A stretch of 64,000 nucleotides of DNA, from contig JBFRWN010000013.1 in assembly GCA_051439605.1 (NCBI GenBank), forward strand, positions 62,123-126,122, written 5' to 3'. The translations under genes and the position numbers were made by a program. The notes beneath the pieces were generated by a model. The model saw only the letters and a program-made list of their open reading frames with translations. It did not search any database and was not told the DNA's origin. The stretch comes from Synechococcus sp. (GTDB lineage: Bacteria > Cyanobacteriota > Cyanobacteriia > Thermostichales > PCC-7336). Shown here piece by piece: positions 18,283-28,718 of this stretch. The stretch's first letter is position 1; each line of letters starts with the position of its first letter.

Positions 18283-20229
18283 CTAACCCTGACCGTATAG
18301 CTCGGCGATTGTACCAGCGTACTTTTCTGCCACTTGATTGCGCCGGATTTTATAGGTTTGGGTCATCAGACCGTTTTCGATGGTGAAGGGTTCGTCCACG
18401 AAGCGACAATCACCCAGTTGTTCGTCGGGTCGATAGCCGGGGCGCTGTTTAATTCGCTGCTGCAAGTCCTCCAACAGGGCCCTGCGTAGTTGGGGCTGTG
18501 CTAGTAACAGGTCGAGCGCTGCACTGGACTGTAGCCAATCTTGGCGATCGCCGCTGCCGGAGAGGTGGCTTGCCTGTACGGCAATCTCATCTCCAAACGT
18601 TTGTAACAACGCGGAATGATTAGGGTAGACCAAAGCCGCCAACCGCTTGCGATCTTGTCCAACAACAACAATCTGATCGACCCAAGCACTCTGAGCACAG
18701 ACATCCTCAAGGGGCTGAGGCTCGATATTTTCCCCATTGGTCAGCACAATGACGTCTTTGGCACGGCCCGTCAACACTAACTGGCCATCGGGAGCGATCC
18801 ATCCAAGATCTCCGGTATCGAACCAGCCATCTTCGGTTAAGACTTTAGCTGTGGCCTCAGGGTTACGATAGTAGCCCCGCATGATCTGGGGGCCGCGGGC
18901 ACGCACCACACCTCGCGTTTTTCTGGCCTGCAACATAGAAGTTTGACGGGGTAGTGGGGAGTATGTCTCTGGATGACAGATTTGAATCTCCGTCTCCTCT
19001 AAAGGAAGACCGGAGGTTCCTCTCATGTTGGAATCAGTTCGACGCACAGTTAACACTGGGGATGTTTCTGTCAGGCCGTAGCCTACCAGAATCTGTATGC
19101 CAATGGTTTCGTAAAAAGTTTCTAGATGTCCAGCTAAAGACCCACCCCCACTAACGGCATAGGTAAAATTTGGACCTACGGCCTGACGGACTTTACGGTA
19201 AACCAGTTGTTCCCCCAGCCAGTGGAAGGGGAGCATAAGCAGCCTTTGCAATTTCGCCAGCAGGGTAACCGCTGGTGTTAGAGGGTCGGTGTCCAAGGAC
19301 ATATTGTGAATGACACGCCCCAGTTGTATCCACTGGCTGCTGCAGGCAAAACAAAAGGAGATGACCTTTTGAAGGAATGGGGATTTCTCGCGAAATTGAC
19401 GCTGTGCCCCCTCGTAAACGGTTTCCCAGATGCGCGGGACAGCCACCATATAGTGAGGAGCGAGATTCTTGAGGTCGTCCTTGATAGTTCGTCGGTTGCT
19501 GTAAGCCATTTCGCAGCCACGGGATAGCAGGAAATATTCCCCTGCTCGCTCGTAAGAATGCCAGGTGGGCAAAATGCTCAAAAATCTCTGTCCCGCCTTC
19601 ACTTCTGGTAAGGCTTTGGCGATCGCCCTGACCTGGTGTATTAAATTGCCGTGGGTCAGCATCACCCCTTTGGGACGGCCGGTGGTACCTGATGTATAAA
19701 TGATCGTTGCCACTTGAGATGGCTGGCAATCAGGGGCACAGAGGTCGCTTGCCGCCCCTTTATCCAGCAGCTCTTGATATCCCGTGCATCCCGGAGTCAA
19801 TTCATCACTGAGTAGAATAACCGTGCGGATATTCCTGCGACGAATGCTGTCCTTGAGCCGTTCGTACGTACTGCGACTCTCTAGTACAACAGCAGAACTT
19901 CCGCTGTGCTCCAGGATGTAATCCAGCTCTGTCAAAGGAGCACTGGCCCCACGAGGGACATCGATCGCACCAACCATCAGGCTTCCCTGATCGGCAATCA
20001 ACCAACGTGGGGAGTTGTCAGCAAAGATAGCAATTCTATCGCCAGGTTGTACCCCCAATGCCTGGAGGCCCGAGGCAAAGTTATGAATGCGATTGTAAAG
20101 CTGCTGATAGGTCAGTTTCTGCTCGGGTTGCGCATGAGGGCTCCATAAAGCGAGTTGCTGCGGAAACAATTTGGCATTGGTAGCCCAGATATCGCTAAGG
20201 ATGTTTAAGGTCTTTGCAGCAGTTGTCAT
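18283..20229 (-). CDS. aas: Long-chain acyl-ACP/CoA synthetase
   Basis: YTSGTTGRPKG, GYGLTET, GWFDTGDLG, GENIEPQPLE; start ATG 20229. Confidence 0.9.
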   Translation of the reverse strand: MTTAAKTLNILSDIWATNAKLFPQQLALWSPHAQPEQKLTYQQLYNRIHNFASGLQALGVQPGDRIAIFADNSPRWLIADQGSLMVGAIDVPRGASAPLTELDYILEHSGSSAVVLESRSTYERLKDSIRRRNIRTVILLSDELTPGCTGYQELLDKGAASDLCAPDCQPSQVATIIYTSGTTGRPKGVMLTHGNLIHQVRAIAKALPEVKAGQRFLSILPTWHSYERAGEYFLLSRGCEMAYSNRRTIKDDLKNLAPHYMVAVPRIWETVYEGAQRQFREKSPFLQKVISFCFACSSQWIQLGRVIHNMSLDTDPLTPAVTLLAKLQRLLMLPFHWLGEQLVYRKVRQAVGPNFTYAVSGGGSLAGHLETFYETIGIQILVGYGLTETSPVLTVRRTDSNMRGTSGLPLEETEIQICHPETYSPLPRQTSMLQARKTRGVVRARGPQIMRGYYRNPEATAKVLTEDGWFDTGDLGWIAPDGQLVLTGRAKDVIVLTNGENIEPQPLEDVCAQSAWVDQIVVVGQDRKRLAALVYPNHSALLQTFGDEIAVQASHLSGSGDRQDWLQSSAALDLLLAQPQLRRALLEDLQQRIKQRPGYRPDEQLGDCRFVDEPFTIENGLMTQTYKIRRNQVAEKYAGTIAELYGQG

Positions 20230-20573
20230 ATGAAGTAACGACGACGGGGAATGGGAACTGAATGTGCGAGCAGGGCTGTCTCCTCGCCGAGGAGCAGATG
20301 GCCCAACTATTGCTGAAGTCAAACTAGCCCGGTCATCAAGCCAAGGCAACTCATATCTACGACAAGCCATCGTAATACGACAGCCTCAATATAAAGCTAG
20401 ATTGAGGAGTCCAGAATATCTGTTGAAATTCGAATAACCTAAGTAGCCTGATACTTGCTACATTTCGACAAGACCTTGCCTGTCGTGCCCGCTTCACGCT
20501 GGCCAATTAGCTTTGTTATGTAAATAAATAAACGTACAATCTATTTTCGCCCGTAATCATTCACACCTGCTTC

Positions 20574-21683
20574 GTGCGTAGATTGGCGGATGTGAAAACA
20601 AGGGAATCCCTCTATTCTGCTCCATATGGTTTAGTGGCAATTCATGTGGCCAACTCTCCGATTCCGTTTTCTCAGAATAGCCAACGGACAACCGGTTATA
20701 TTTTGGTTGCCGATGACTATCCTCTGAATCGATTGGCGGCCAGAAACTTATTGGAATCGGTGGGCCATCGAGTGGTTGAGGTAGAGAATGGCCTTGAAGC
20801 ACTGGAGGCGATCGCGGCAGAACCTCTAGACTTAGTGTTGATTGACGTTATGATGCCGGGTTTAGACGGGTTTGAGGTGTGCAACCGCATCAAGGCTAAC
20901 GAACAAACTCGCCTGTTACCTGTCATGATGATGACCGCTCTAGACGATCGCAAGATCCGCGTTCGCGGGATTGAGGCTGGAGCAGACGATTTTCTCAGCA
21001 AACCCTACGATTGTGTCGAACTGGTTGCCCGCGTGCAGTCCTTGATTCAGCAAAAGCGCTTGAATGACGACCTCGATAACGCAGCCCAAGTCCTAATCGC
21101 TATTGCTCAAGCGGTGGAAAGCCGCGATCCAACAACCGGGGATCACTGCAAGCGTTTATCCGAGATGGGACGTTCCTTCGGAAGCTATCTCAACCTATTG
21201 CCCCCACAGCTTAAAGCCCTTGAATTGGCTGGCTACCTGCACGACATCGGTAAAATAGGCATCCCCGACAGCATTTTGGGAAAACCGGGCAAACATACCC
21301 CAGAGGAACAGGCAATCATGCAATCCCACGTAGAGATAGGGGCGCGTATTTGCCAACCTTTGCGCACGATGAAGCATGTACTCCCGATTATTCGCAACCA
21401 TCACGAGCGTTGGGATGGTTCCGGTTACCCGGATGGACTGAAAGGGGAGGATATCCCCTATTTGGCTAGGGTTTTCCAAATTATTGATATTTACGACGCA
21501 CTGATCTCCGAACGCCCCTACAAACCGGTATTTACAGCAGATAGAGCCCTCTCCATTCTCGAATCCGAATCTGAAAAGGGGTGGTGGGACCCCGTCTTGG
21601 TGGATCAATTTCTACAATTTTTGCGCACCTGCGATTGCCCATCCACCCCAAGCAAACTCTTGCAGCCTCAGACTGTTCGGTAG
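20574..21683 (+). CDS. Response regulator with HD-GYP phosphodiesterase domain
   Basis: REC domain (LIDVMMP), LHDIGK, HHERWDGSGYP; start probably later (GTG 20646). Confidence 0.92.
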   Translation: MRRLADVKTRESLYSAPYGLVAIHVANSPIPFSQNSQRTTGYILVADDYPLNRLAARNLLESVGHRVVEVENGLEALEAIAAEPLDLVLIDVMMPGLDGFEVCNRIKANEQTRLLPVMMMTALDDRKIRVRGIEAGADDFLSKPYDCVELVARVQSLIQQKRLNDDLDNAAQVLIAIAQAVESRDPTTGDHCKRLSEMGRSFGSYLNLLPPQLKALELAGYLHDIGKIGIPDSILGKPGKHTPEEQAIMQSHVEIGARICQPLRTMKHVLPIIRNHHERWDGSGYPDGLKGEDIPYLARVFQIIDIYDALISERPYKPVFTADRALSILESESEKGWWDPVLVDQFLQFLRTCDCPSTPSKLLQPQTVR

Positions 21684-22150
21684 CTGTTGGCTTGACCCAT
21701 TTCACAGACCCGTCGGAAATGGTCTGCGTCCACAGGCTGGACCGATAGCCTAACTCCTCGCTGTACTACCTTCATGCCAGATAATTCTGGCTGAGCTTTG
21801 AGGTCAACTAGGCTTACAAATTTGGGAAAGGTCTCAACGTACTCGATATCTACCATGAACCAGGTGGGATTCTCGGGATCGGATTTTGGATCGTAATGTT
21901 TGTCCGCTGGATCCCAAGCGGTAAAGTCTGGATATCCGGTGCGACAAACCTTGGCCAATCCCGCGATACCTGGTGGTTTGGTATTGGAGTGATAAAACAG
22001 AACTGAATCCCCCACTTGCATTTGGTCGCGCATGATGTTGCGTGCCTGATAATTGCGTACCCCATCCCAATGGGTTGTGCCCTGCTCCTTCAAGTCATCA
22101 ATGGAATATTCGCTAGGTTCACTTTTCATCAGCCAATAGTGCACGGCCAT
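21668..22150 (-). CDS. EVE domain protein
   Basis: YWLMKSEP, WDGVRNYQARN, RLSVQPV. Confidence 0.95.
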   Translation of the reverse strand: MAVHYWLMKSEPSEYSIDDLKEQGTTHWDGVRNYQARNIMRDQMQVGDSVLFYHSNTKPPGIAGLAKVCRTGYPDFTAWDPADKHYDPKSDPENPTWFMVDIEYVETFPKFVSLVDLKAQPELSGMKVVQRGVRLSVQPVDADHFRRVCEMGQANSYRTV

Positions 22151-22200
22151 TCCCTACCAGACACTCGTGACATCACCTTAGCGCGGGAGTAAGAGGCGCA

Positions 22201-23592
22201 CTAGCCAATCAAAAACGTTTCTTCGGGATATTTCAGCAAGTGCTCTGCGGGAGTCTCACGATATAAGGCAGCCATGAGCAGGAGGATGCCCACTCGCCCG
22301 CAAAACATGGTCGGAATCAAGACCCAATGAGACCAGGGAGAGAGTGCAGAGGTCCCGACTGTAGAGAGGCCCACTGTTGCGTAGGCAGATACAGCCTCAA
22401 ACAGTAAATCGAGAAACTGAAAGCGATCGCCATCAATGATTGCCAGAAGGGTAGTACACAATGCCACCATGGCTGCAGACCCCATCAGAACACCAACCGC
22501 CTTATTCACCAGGCCGTCAGGTACTGTTCGCTTAAATAAAATGACAGAGTCCTTGCCTCGTAATGCGGACCGGGTACTGGCTAGCAATGTTCCGACTGTT
22601 GTGGTCTTAATACCTCCACCCGTACCTCCGGGGCTAGCACCGATAAACATCAAAATAATGACAATAAATAATGAAGAAGACTCTAGGGCTGACTGGTTAA
22701 TACCGTTAAAGCCCGCTGTACGGGTCGTCACAGACTGAAAAAATGCAGCTAACAAGCGGATATGTAGGGGCAACTGCTCGATCGTGTTGGGGTTATTCCA
22801 CTCGGTCCCTAGGAAAAAGAGTGTTCCCCCAAATAGCAACAGCGTGCTAGTCACAACGACAACCTTGAGATTTAGCGAAAAGTTTTCTCGTAGTGCAAGG
22901 CTTTCTCCCAACCAAACCCTGCGCACGTATTCGTATATCTCATAGATGACGCTAAACCCTAGTCCCCCCAAAAGGATGAGGCCCGAGACTGTCAAAATTG
23001 TGAAGGGGTTGCTTTGAAACTGAACCAAGCTATCTGAATACAGGCTAAAGCCAGCATTGTTGAACGAGCTGATGCTATGAAATACCGCTGCCCAAAAACC
23101 GGCCTTCCACCCCATTTGTGGAACCCAAGTTTGAGCCAGCAGCAGTGCTCCCAATGACTCAAACAGAACCGTCATGCCGACGATGGCAGAAACCAGCTGA
23201 CGCACGTTAGACTCACCTAAAACAGCACCAACGGTCTCCTGTATGTTCATTCGGCTGCGCAAGCTGACCCTTCGACCCACAATCAGCAGCAGAAAGCTGG
23301 TTGCGGTCATGTAGCCCAAACCACCTACTTGAATCAAGGCCAAGAGAATGACTTGACCAAAAAAGGAGAAGTGAGTTCCGGTATCGACAACCACTAACCC
23401 CGTCACACAAACAGCCGAGGTCGAAGTGAACAGCGCTACGAGCCATGAATTCCACTGGCCGGATGCGGTTGACCAAGGAAGTGACAAAAGAAAGGCTCCA
23501 ACCAAAATTGTGGTGATGAAGCCTAGACAGATGGTTTGTGGTGGAGTTAACGATCTCGTTAATTGCTGCCACCAGTTTGGGGCACCCAGCAT
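22201..23592 (-). CDS. ktrB: KtrB/TrkH (NtpJ) potassium uptake membrane subunit
   Basis: TSAVCVTGL, FNNAGF, TRTAGF and SAYATVGLS pore repeats; start ATG 23592. Confidence 0.9.
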   Translation of the reverse strand: MLGAPNWWQQLTRSLTPPQTICLGFITTILVGAFLLSLPWSTASGQWNSWLVALFTSTSAVCVTGLVVVDTGTHFSFFGQVILLALIQVGGLGYMTATSFLLLIVGRRVSLRSRMNIQETVGAVLGESNVRQLVSAIVGMTVLFESLGALLLAQTWVPQMGWKAGFWAAVFHSISSFNNAGFSLYSDSLVQFQSNPFTILTVSGLILLGGLGFSVIYEIYEYVRRVWLGESLALRENFSLNLKVVVVTSTLLLFGGTLFFLGTEWNNPNTIEQLPLHIRLLAAFFQSVTTRTAGFNGINQSALESSSLFIVIILMFIGASPGGTGGGIKTTTVGTLLASTRSALRGKDSVILFKRTVPDGLVNKAVGVLMGSAAMVALCTTLLAIIDGDRFQFLDLLFEAVSAYATVGLSTVGTSALSPWSHWVLIPTMFCGRVGILLLMAALYRETPAEHLLKYPEETFLIG

Positions 23593-23596
23593 TACG

Positions 23597-24010
23597 TTAA
23601 ATGGTGGTTTTAACCTGCATGTTGGCCGCTTGCAGAAGCGTAGTGGCTTCTTGCTGTGCTTGTTGGGCTTGCAGGCGTTCTTGCTTGTCACTGCTGCTGG
23701 CTAAGGTTGAAATTGCTGCGTCAATACTGGACTGAGCAGCCTCTTTGTCAACATCCGCCCCCAATACCGCACCCTTCACCAGAACAGAGACAGTATTGTT
23801 TTCGACTTCTGCCAAACCACCCATGATAGCCATGGCAGTCCAACTACCTTCCGAGCGCAATCTCATCACGCCAGTGCCTAGGGCCGTAAGCAAAGGGGCA
23901 TGGCCTGTCAAAATACCCAGTTGCCCGGAAGTAGACGGCAAAATGACCTCATCGGCTGGAGCATCCCACACGGTGGAATCTGGACCGATCACCTGAACAG
24001 ACAGCGTCAC
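23597..24010 (-). CDS. atpC: ATP synthase F1 epsilon subunit
   Basis: [22 protein letters not shown] Shine-Dalgarno upstream of GTG. Confidence 0.95.
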   Translation of the reverse strand: MTLSVQVIGPDSTVWDAPADEVILPSTSGQLGILTGHAPLLTALGTGVMRLRSEGSWTAMAIMGGLAEVENNTVSVLVKGAVLGADVDKEAAQSSIDAAISTLASSSDKQERLQAQQAQQEATTLLQAANMQVKTTI

Positions 24011-24055
24011 CGCACATTCCTCCCAACGGTAGGCGAATTTCTCTACTGATACAAA

Positions 24056-24061
24056 ATTATA
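24056..24061 (-). promoter_or_regulatory. Consensus -10 box (TATAAT) upstream of atpC
   Basis: ATTATA on the plus strand, about 45 nt upstream of the atpC start. Confidence 0.4.
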
Positions 24062-24149
24062 AGGGAATGCGGCTACTCTCCCTCTGGAATTTATGCGACC
24101 GATATCAGGTAGTTAGGGGCAAGTCTCAACATTATCGTGTCACCTTATG

Positions 24150-25361
24150 CAGGGCAAACGCATACTCATCGATGAGAGGATCGAGGCTCGTCATTTGGGC
24201 AGCCAAAAATGTCCCAGTCTGCAGAGCCATCATCGTCACTATTAGAGCATTTCAGGAATCTAGAAGACCCACGAGCAGATTATCTGGTCGACCACCAACT
24301 CCTCGACATCATCGGCCTAACGATTTGTGCAGTCGTCTGTGGAGCCGACACCTGGGTCGATATCGAGAACTACGGTCGGGCTAAGCAAGAGTGGCTGAAA
24401 GGATTTTTGGAGCTGGCTAACGGGATTCCCTCCCACGACACCATCGGGCGTTTGTTTGCAGCCATTGACCCGGAAGCCTTACAGGTGTGCTTCTTGAGTT
24501 GGGTCAAGTCCATTGCCCAAGTGAGCCAGGGAGAGGTCATCGCCATTGATGGTAAAACCGTGAGGCATTCCTACGATAAAGAGGTTGGCAAAGGAGCCAT
24601 CCACATGGTCAGTGCCTGGGCAACTCAGAATCGTTTGGTTCTGGGGCAAGTGAAAGTGGACGAGAAATCGAATGAAATCACCGCCATTCCCCAGCTTTTG
24701 AAGGTCTTGGCCCTCAACGGTTGTATCGTCACCATCGATGCCATGGGAGCCCAAAAGGAGATTGCACGGCAGATTGTCGAGGAGGACGGCGACTACATCC
24801 TCAGCCTCAAAGGGAATCAGAGCAACATTCACGAGGATGTCCGGCAACTATTTGACTGGACACGCAAAATTGGGTTTCGAGATATTTCTCACGAGTTTCA
24901 CCAAACCGTCAATGGAGGACATGGCCGCATTGAAATTCGTCGCCACTGGCTTCTGGATGGGGTTGAGCATCTGGAAGACTCTCAGCTCTGGGTGGGGCTC
25001 AAGCGAGTGGGGTTAGTAGAAGCAGAACGACGCTTGCCAGGGCAGGAGCCTACTGTCGAGCGACGCTACTATCTGCTCAGTCTTGATGGGGGGGTCGAAC
25101 GCTTTGCTCAAGGCGTTCGCAGCCATTGGGGCATTGAAAACCAACTCCATTGTGTTTTGGATGTGGCTTTCAACTAAGATGCTTCTCGAGTTCGCAAGGA
25201 CCATGCACCTGAAAACCTAGCTCTAATGAGACATGTGGCTCTCAACCTCTTACGCCAGGACTCTTCGGCTAAAGGCGGTATCAAAGCCAAGCGCCTCAAA
25301 GCTGGATGGGACAATGATTATCTCTTGCACGTTCTCTCTTCTTGAGTATGCGTTTGCCCTG
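24150..25361 (+). mobile_element. ISAs1-family insertion sequence, 1212 bp
   Basis: Perfect 19-bp IRs CAGGGCAAACGCATACTCA (24150-24168, 25343-25361); 10-bp target duplication TCACCTTATG (24140-24149, 25362-25371). Confidence 0.96.
24209..25345 (+). pseudogene. ISAs1 transposase with in-frame nonsense codon
   Basis: IPSHDT, IDGKT, KSNEI, DAMG, HWGIEN motifs; TAA at 25175-25177 then in-frame DASRVRKDHAPENLA... to TGA 25345. Confidence 0.92.
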
Positions 25362-25492
25362 TCACCTTATGCTGTGCAGAGGACGATCGGGAGGGAATCG
25401 TGCTATGGCTTTACCACGCAACATGGGGAGACACTACCGATCTAAAAGCCCGGAGAGTAAGATGAGCAAGCATTTCTAGATGACTGCTTGGC

Positions 25493-26242
25493 ATGGCCGA
25501 ACTTTCTGATGCCCGTCGGCACCAACTTGTGACCTTTCTGCAAAATTTGAGCGGGGATATTCCAACCGGCAGGGTTGATTTTCATTTGCTCGATCTAGCG
25601 CTGATCCATCCCTCGCTCAATTCTAAGCAGAATAACGATCGCCTTGAGTTTCTGGGGGACGCCGTTTTGCGGTTGTTGGTAGGAGAGTTCTTGTACGCCA
25701 CTTATCCTCGGTTGACTGTTGGACAACTGGCGCTGTTGCGTTCCGATTTATTGAGCAATAGTTTTTTTGCCCAATTAGCGGGACGTTTTGATTTTGAGTC
25801 AGTACTGCAGTTAGGGGGAAGTGCATTTAAAGACGAGAAGGGGAAAGACAAGCGTCATGCCGATGCATTCGAGGCAGTTGTGGGGGCGCTGTATTTAGGA
25901 TTTCAGGCATCTGAGTCAACGGCTGGGCTGCAGCAACCCTCTGGTGCGATGTTGCGATCGTGGCTGCAGCCGCTGTTGAAATTGCGAGCAGACACTCTAC
26001 TGAATAACCTGCAACGGCACAATGCCAAAACGGCCCTGCAAGAGCTCACCCAGCGTCAGTGGGGGAAATTGCCCAACTATCGAGTTCAACAGCAGGATAC
26101 CGCTGGTGCGGAACAATTTAATGCGGAAGTTTGGCTGGAGTCGCAATGCTTGGGTAAGGGGAAAGGACATTCAAAAAAAGCGGCTGAAACGGAAGCAGCT
26201 ATCGCTGCACTCAAAACCTTGCAATCATCCAATCCAACCTAA
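25493..26242 (+). CDS. rnc: Ribonuclease III
   Basis: NDRLEFLGDAVL, ADAFEA, C-terminal dsRBD (KTALQE...GHSKKAAE). Confidence 0.93.
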   Translation: MAELSDARRHQLVTFLQNLSGDIPTGRVDFHLLDLALIHPSLNSKQNNDRLEFLGDAVLRLLVGEFLYATYPRLTVGQLALLRSDLLSNSFFAQLAGRFDFESVLQLGGSAFKDEKGKDKRHADAFEAVVGALYLGFQASESTAGLQQPSGAMLRSWLQPLLKLRADTLLNNLQRHNAKTALQELTQRQWGKLPNYRVQQQDTAGAEQFNAEVWLESQCLGKGKGHSKKAAETEAAIAALKTLQSSNPT

Positions 26243-26332
26243 TTGTCGCTATTTCAATAAACACCTAAATTTGCTCCTAAACTTAGAATTTTGCGGAGAT
26301 TTTCTTACTTGTAAACTGCACTTTTCAAAGCC

Positions 26333-26428
26333 CAGGGCAAATGCATACTCAAAATGAGAGGATCGAGGCTCGTAAATCAAGAACCAGACATGTCCCTGTC
26401 TGTTGAGCCATCATTGCCATTGTTAGAA
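26333..26428 (+). mobile_element. ISAs1 left-end remnant
   Basis: CAGGGCAAATGCATACTCA...GAGAGGATCGAGGCTCGT...ATG (MSLSVEPSLPLLE) closely matches 24150-24247. Confidence 0.85.
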
Positions 26429-26575
26429 CAGGGTAAACGCAAGAAAATTTGAAACATTTTGTGGTGTTGAGAGACGATCGTAAACGTTTCAAGCATGAAA
26501 TTCACGACCTTATTGCATCTATTCTTAGCACTAATTGAGAATGTAGTAGTCTTATTGATTCTTGCGCTGCCCCTG
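26429..26575. mobile_element. 147-bp MITE-like element with ISAs1-type ends
   Basis: Ends CAGGGTAAACGCAAGAA and reverse-complement CAGGGGCAGCGCAAGAA (14/17 match); AT-rich interior. Confidence 0.65.
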
Positions 26576-26862
26576 CGAAGAACCAATCGAGGTATTAGAG
26601 CATCCCTATCAACGTCTCGATCAGTGCGGGCCAGCTTTCCGACTGTGCGTTGACATCAGAGGTCATATCGGCGGAATAGAAGGACGCTTAGGCTCCTACG
26701 CTGGCGGGGTATCTCGCCGAGGTCGCGGGATCGTGCTGCCAAAAGGCTATAGCCACAATCGCAGCTCAGTCGTTAATATACATCCTCTTGCATTCTTTGG
26801 ACTGTTCAATACTTAGTTCTACAGGGGTAGAGTAAATATTAGGCTTATAGATTGGTTCTTTC

Positions 26863-27504
26863 ATGACGGATGGGCGATTGCTTTCAGAACAAACTCTACC
26901 GAGCGATCTGGACTTGAGCTCTGCAAAATCTCTCCAACTTCGGAAAAAAGAGTTGTCTGGCTTATCTCTCAGAGGGATGCACCTGAATGGTGCAGAGCTG
27001 TTTGATGCGGACATGAGTCACTCCGATTTGTCAGAATCTTCACTGCGAGGGGCCCTTCTTAATGGCAGTAAACTCATAGAAACCAGTTTTTACAATGCTG
27101 ATTTGAGAGAAGCCAAGTTACGAGCGGTTAATCTGACTAGAGGGAATTTAGAACTCTGTTCTTTGATCGCAGCAGATTTGACGGTTGCTGACTTAACCTC
27201 TGCAAATTTAAACTTCGCTTACCTGATTGGAGCACGCCTGAGAGCGGCAAACTTGACTGATGCTTCCCTCAGCAACGCAAATTTGCACGGGGCAAATTTG
27301 TGGGGAGCGAATCTGAGTGGAGCAATTTTACATCAAGCCCATTTAATTGCTACTGATTTGAGCGACACCAATCTTAAAGAGGCTAACTTAAGCGGAGCTG
27401 TTTTTGCCAGCAATACTCAATTCCCTGAAGGCTTTGACCCTGTGGAGGCGGGAATGGTTGAATACAACAACACGGAATCTACAAATAACTATCCACTCCA
27501 GTAA
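26863..27504 (+). CDS. Pentapeptide repeat protein
   Basis: A(D/N)LxxA repeats; C-terminal TQFPEGFDP..AGM tail. Confidence 0.92.
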   Translation: MTDGRLLSEQTLPSDLDLSSAKSLQLRKKELSGLSLRGMHLNGAELFDADMSHSDLSESSLRGALLNGSKLIETSFYNADLREAKLRAVNLTRGNLELCSLIAADLTVADLTSANLNFAYLIGARLRAANLTDASLSNANLHGANLWGANLSGAILHQAHLIATDLSDTNLKEANLSGAVFASNTQFPEGFDPVEAGMVEYNNTESTNNYPLQ

Positions 27505-27681
27505 AACCTATCGTTGCTGTTCTCACTCAAAGGGTGACTCCATTTGCAGCGGACTTTCCTCAACGGGCAACATACGTTCGGCGTTCGAAGAAGGGTCTTT
27601 TGCTGAAGATATGTTTGGACTATTGGCGGCTTGTAGCGATCGCCCCAAATAATTGTTCGTAGCCCACAAGATGCGATCGCC

Positions 27682-28656
27682 ATGGATAAAGCTCGCCTGC
27701 AGGCCTATGCGAAACTCATTCGGGAATTACTCTACTGCCCCAGCGGGGAAGAGTGGATTCGATTGAGGCAGCAGGAGCATCTACTCGATCTCACCTTCGT
27801 TCATGTAATGGAACAAGTGGCGAAACAGTTGGTGGTCAAGGGGCACCGACCAGAAGCCAGATTCTTGCATAACTTGGCGGGTCAGCTCTATCACACCCTC
27901 AATCAAGCGGCTGTTCAAAGCGAGCCAGAGACTTCTCCCAAAGTTCAATCCCATCTTGCCGTTATCGAGCAAATGTTCGCTGCCCCCGATCGCGCCCAAG
28001 AAATTTTGGCTTCCCATTCAGAGTTGGTTGGGCCGGAGTTGGTCCAGATCGTGAAACAAATGGCTAAGAAGTCACTTGCAGAGGGAGATACCGAAACTGC
28101 AAAGCTTATGGAGAAACTCGCCGATGAAGCGATCGGGACATGGTTACGCCACCACGCCATTCATCCCAACTTGTGGGTCCAAGGCGATCGCCAAGACCCC
28201 CCTGAGGCATCCAAACTCTCATCGGATCGTCCAGACGATAGCCTCCCGCCACAGGTCCAAAAACAGTCCGCTACCGAGCCCAGTTCTATAGCGGAGCCCA
28301 GTTCCTCTGCTGAGCCCAGCTCTAAAAGCGACCTTCTTTCCACAAGCAACCTTCATTTAGCAGCAGCAGGAGAACCGCTAGTTCAATGTCTCGAACGCAT
28401 TGCCACGGCGTTGGAACAGTTGCAGCTCCATCGCGGCGATCGCCCCCCCAATCCGGTTTGGTACATGGAGGTGTTGGAGCGGGCTAGCCAATCCGATTGG
28501 GTTTTAAGTACCGAAGAGGTAGAGGGGTTGATTGGCGTCAAACCCCGCTGCTCTGGGAACCAAACCACGTTTGAGCGCGGAGGATGGCTATTTAATAAAG
28601 TTGGAAAGATCGGTTCCCAAACCAGTTGGCGGGTTAGTAAACTCCCGTCACCCTAA
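27682..28656 (+). CDS. Cyanobacterial hypothetical protein with duplicated helical N-terminal module
   Basis: 324-aa ORF; two similar helical modules, a low-complexity linker and a C-terminal WVLSTEEVEGLIGVKP...W.V.K domain. Confidence 0.8.
   Translation: MDKARLQAYAKLIRELLYCPSGEEWIRLRQQEHLLDLTFVHVMEQVAKQLVVKGHRPEARFLHNLAGQLYHTLNQAAVQSEPETSPKVQSHLAVIEQMFAAPDRAQEILASHSELVGPELVQIVKQMAKKSLAEGDTETAKLMEKLADEAIGTWLRHHAIHPNLWVQGDRQDPPEASKLSSDRPDDSLPPQVQKQSATEPSSIAEPSSSAEPSSKSDLLSTSNLHLAAAGEPLVQCLERIATALEQLQLHRGDRPPNPVWYMEVLERASQSDWVLSTEEVEGLIGVKPRCSGNQTTFERGGWLFNKVGKIGSQTSWRVSKLPSP
28273..28326 (+). repeat. 18-bp in-frame tandem repeat x3 (xEPSSx)
   Basis: ACCGAGCCCAGTTCTATA / GCGGAGCCCAGTTCCTCT / GCTGAGCCCAGCTCTAAA. 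Confidence 0.8.
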
Positions 28657-28718
28657 CCGGCTCCCTTTTCTCATCTACCGCTTTCACCCTCTCAATTAAT
28701 ACAGCAAGACCTTTGACG

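Noticed and set aside
26576..26790. GC-richer segment after the MITE that may be a gene remnant
   Set aside because: No frame gave a family I could recognise; needs blastx
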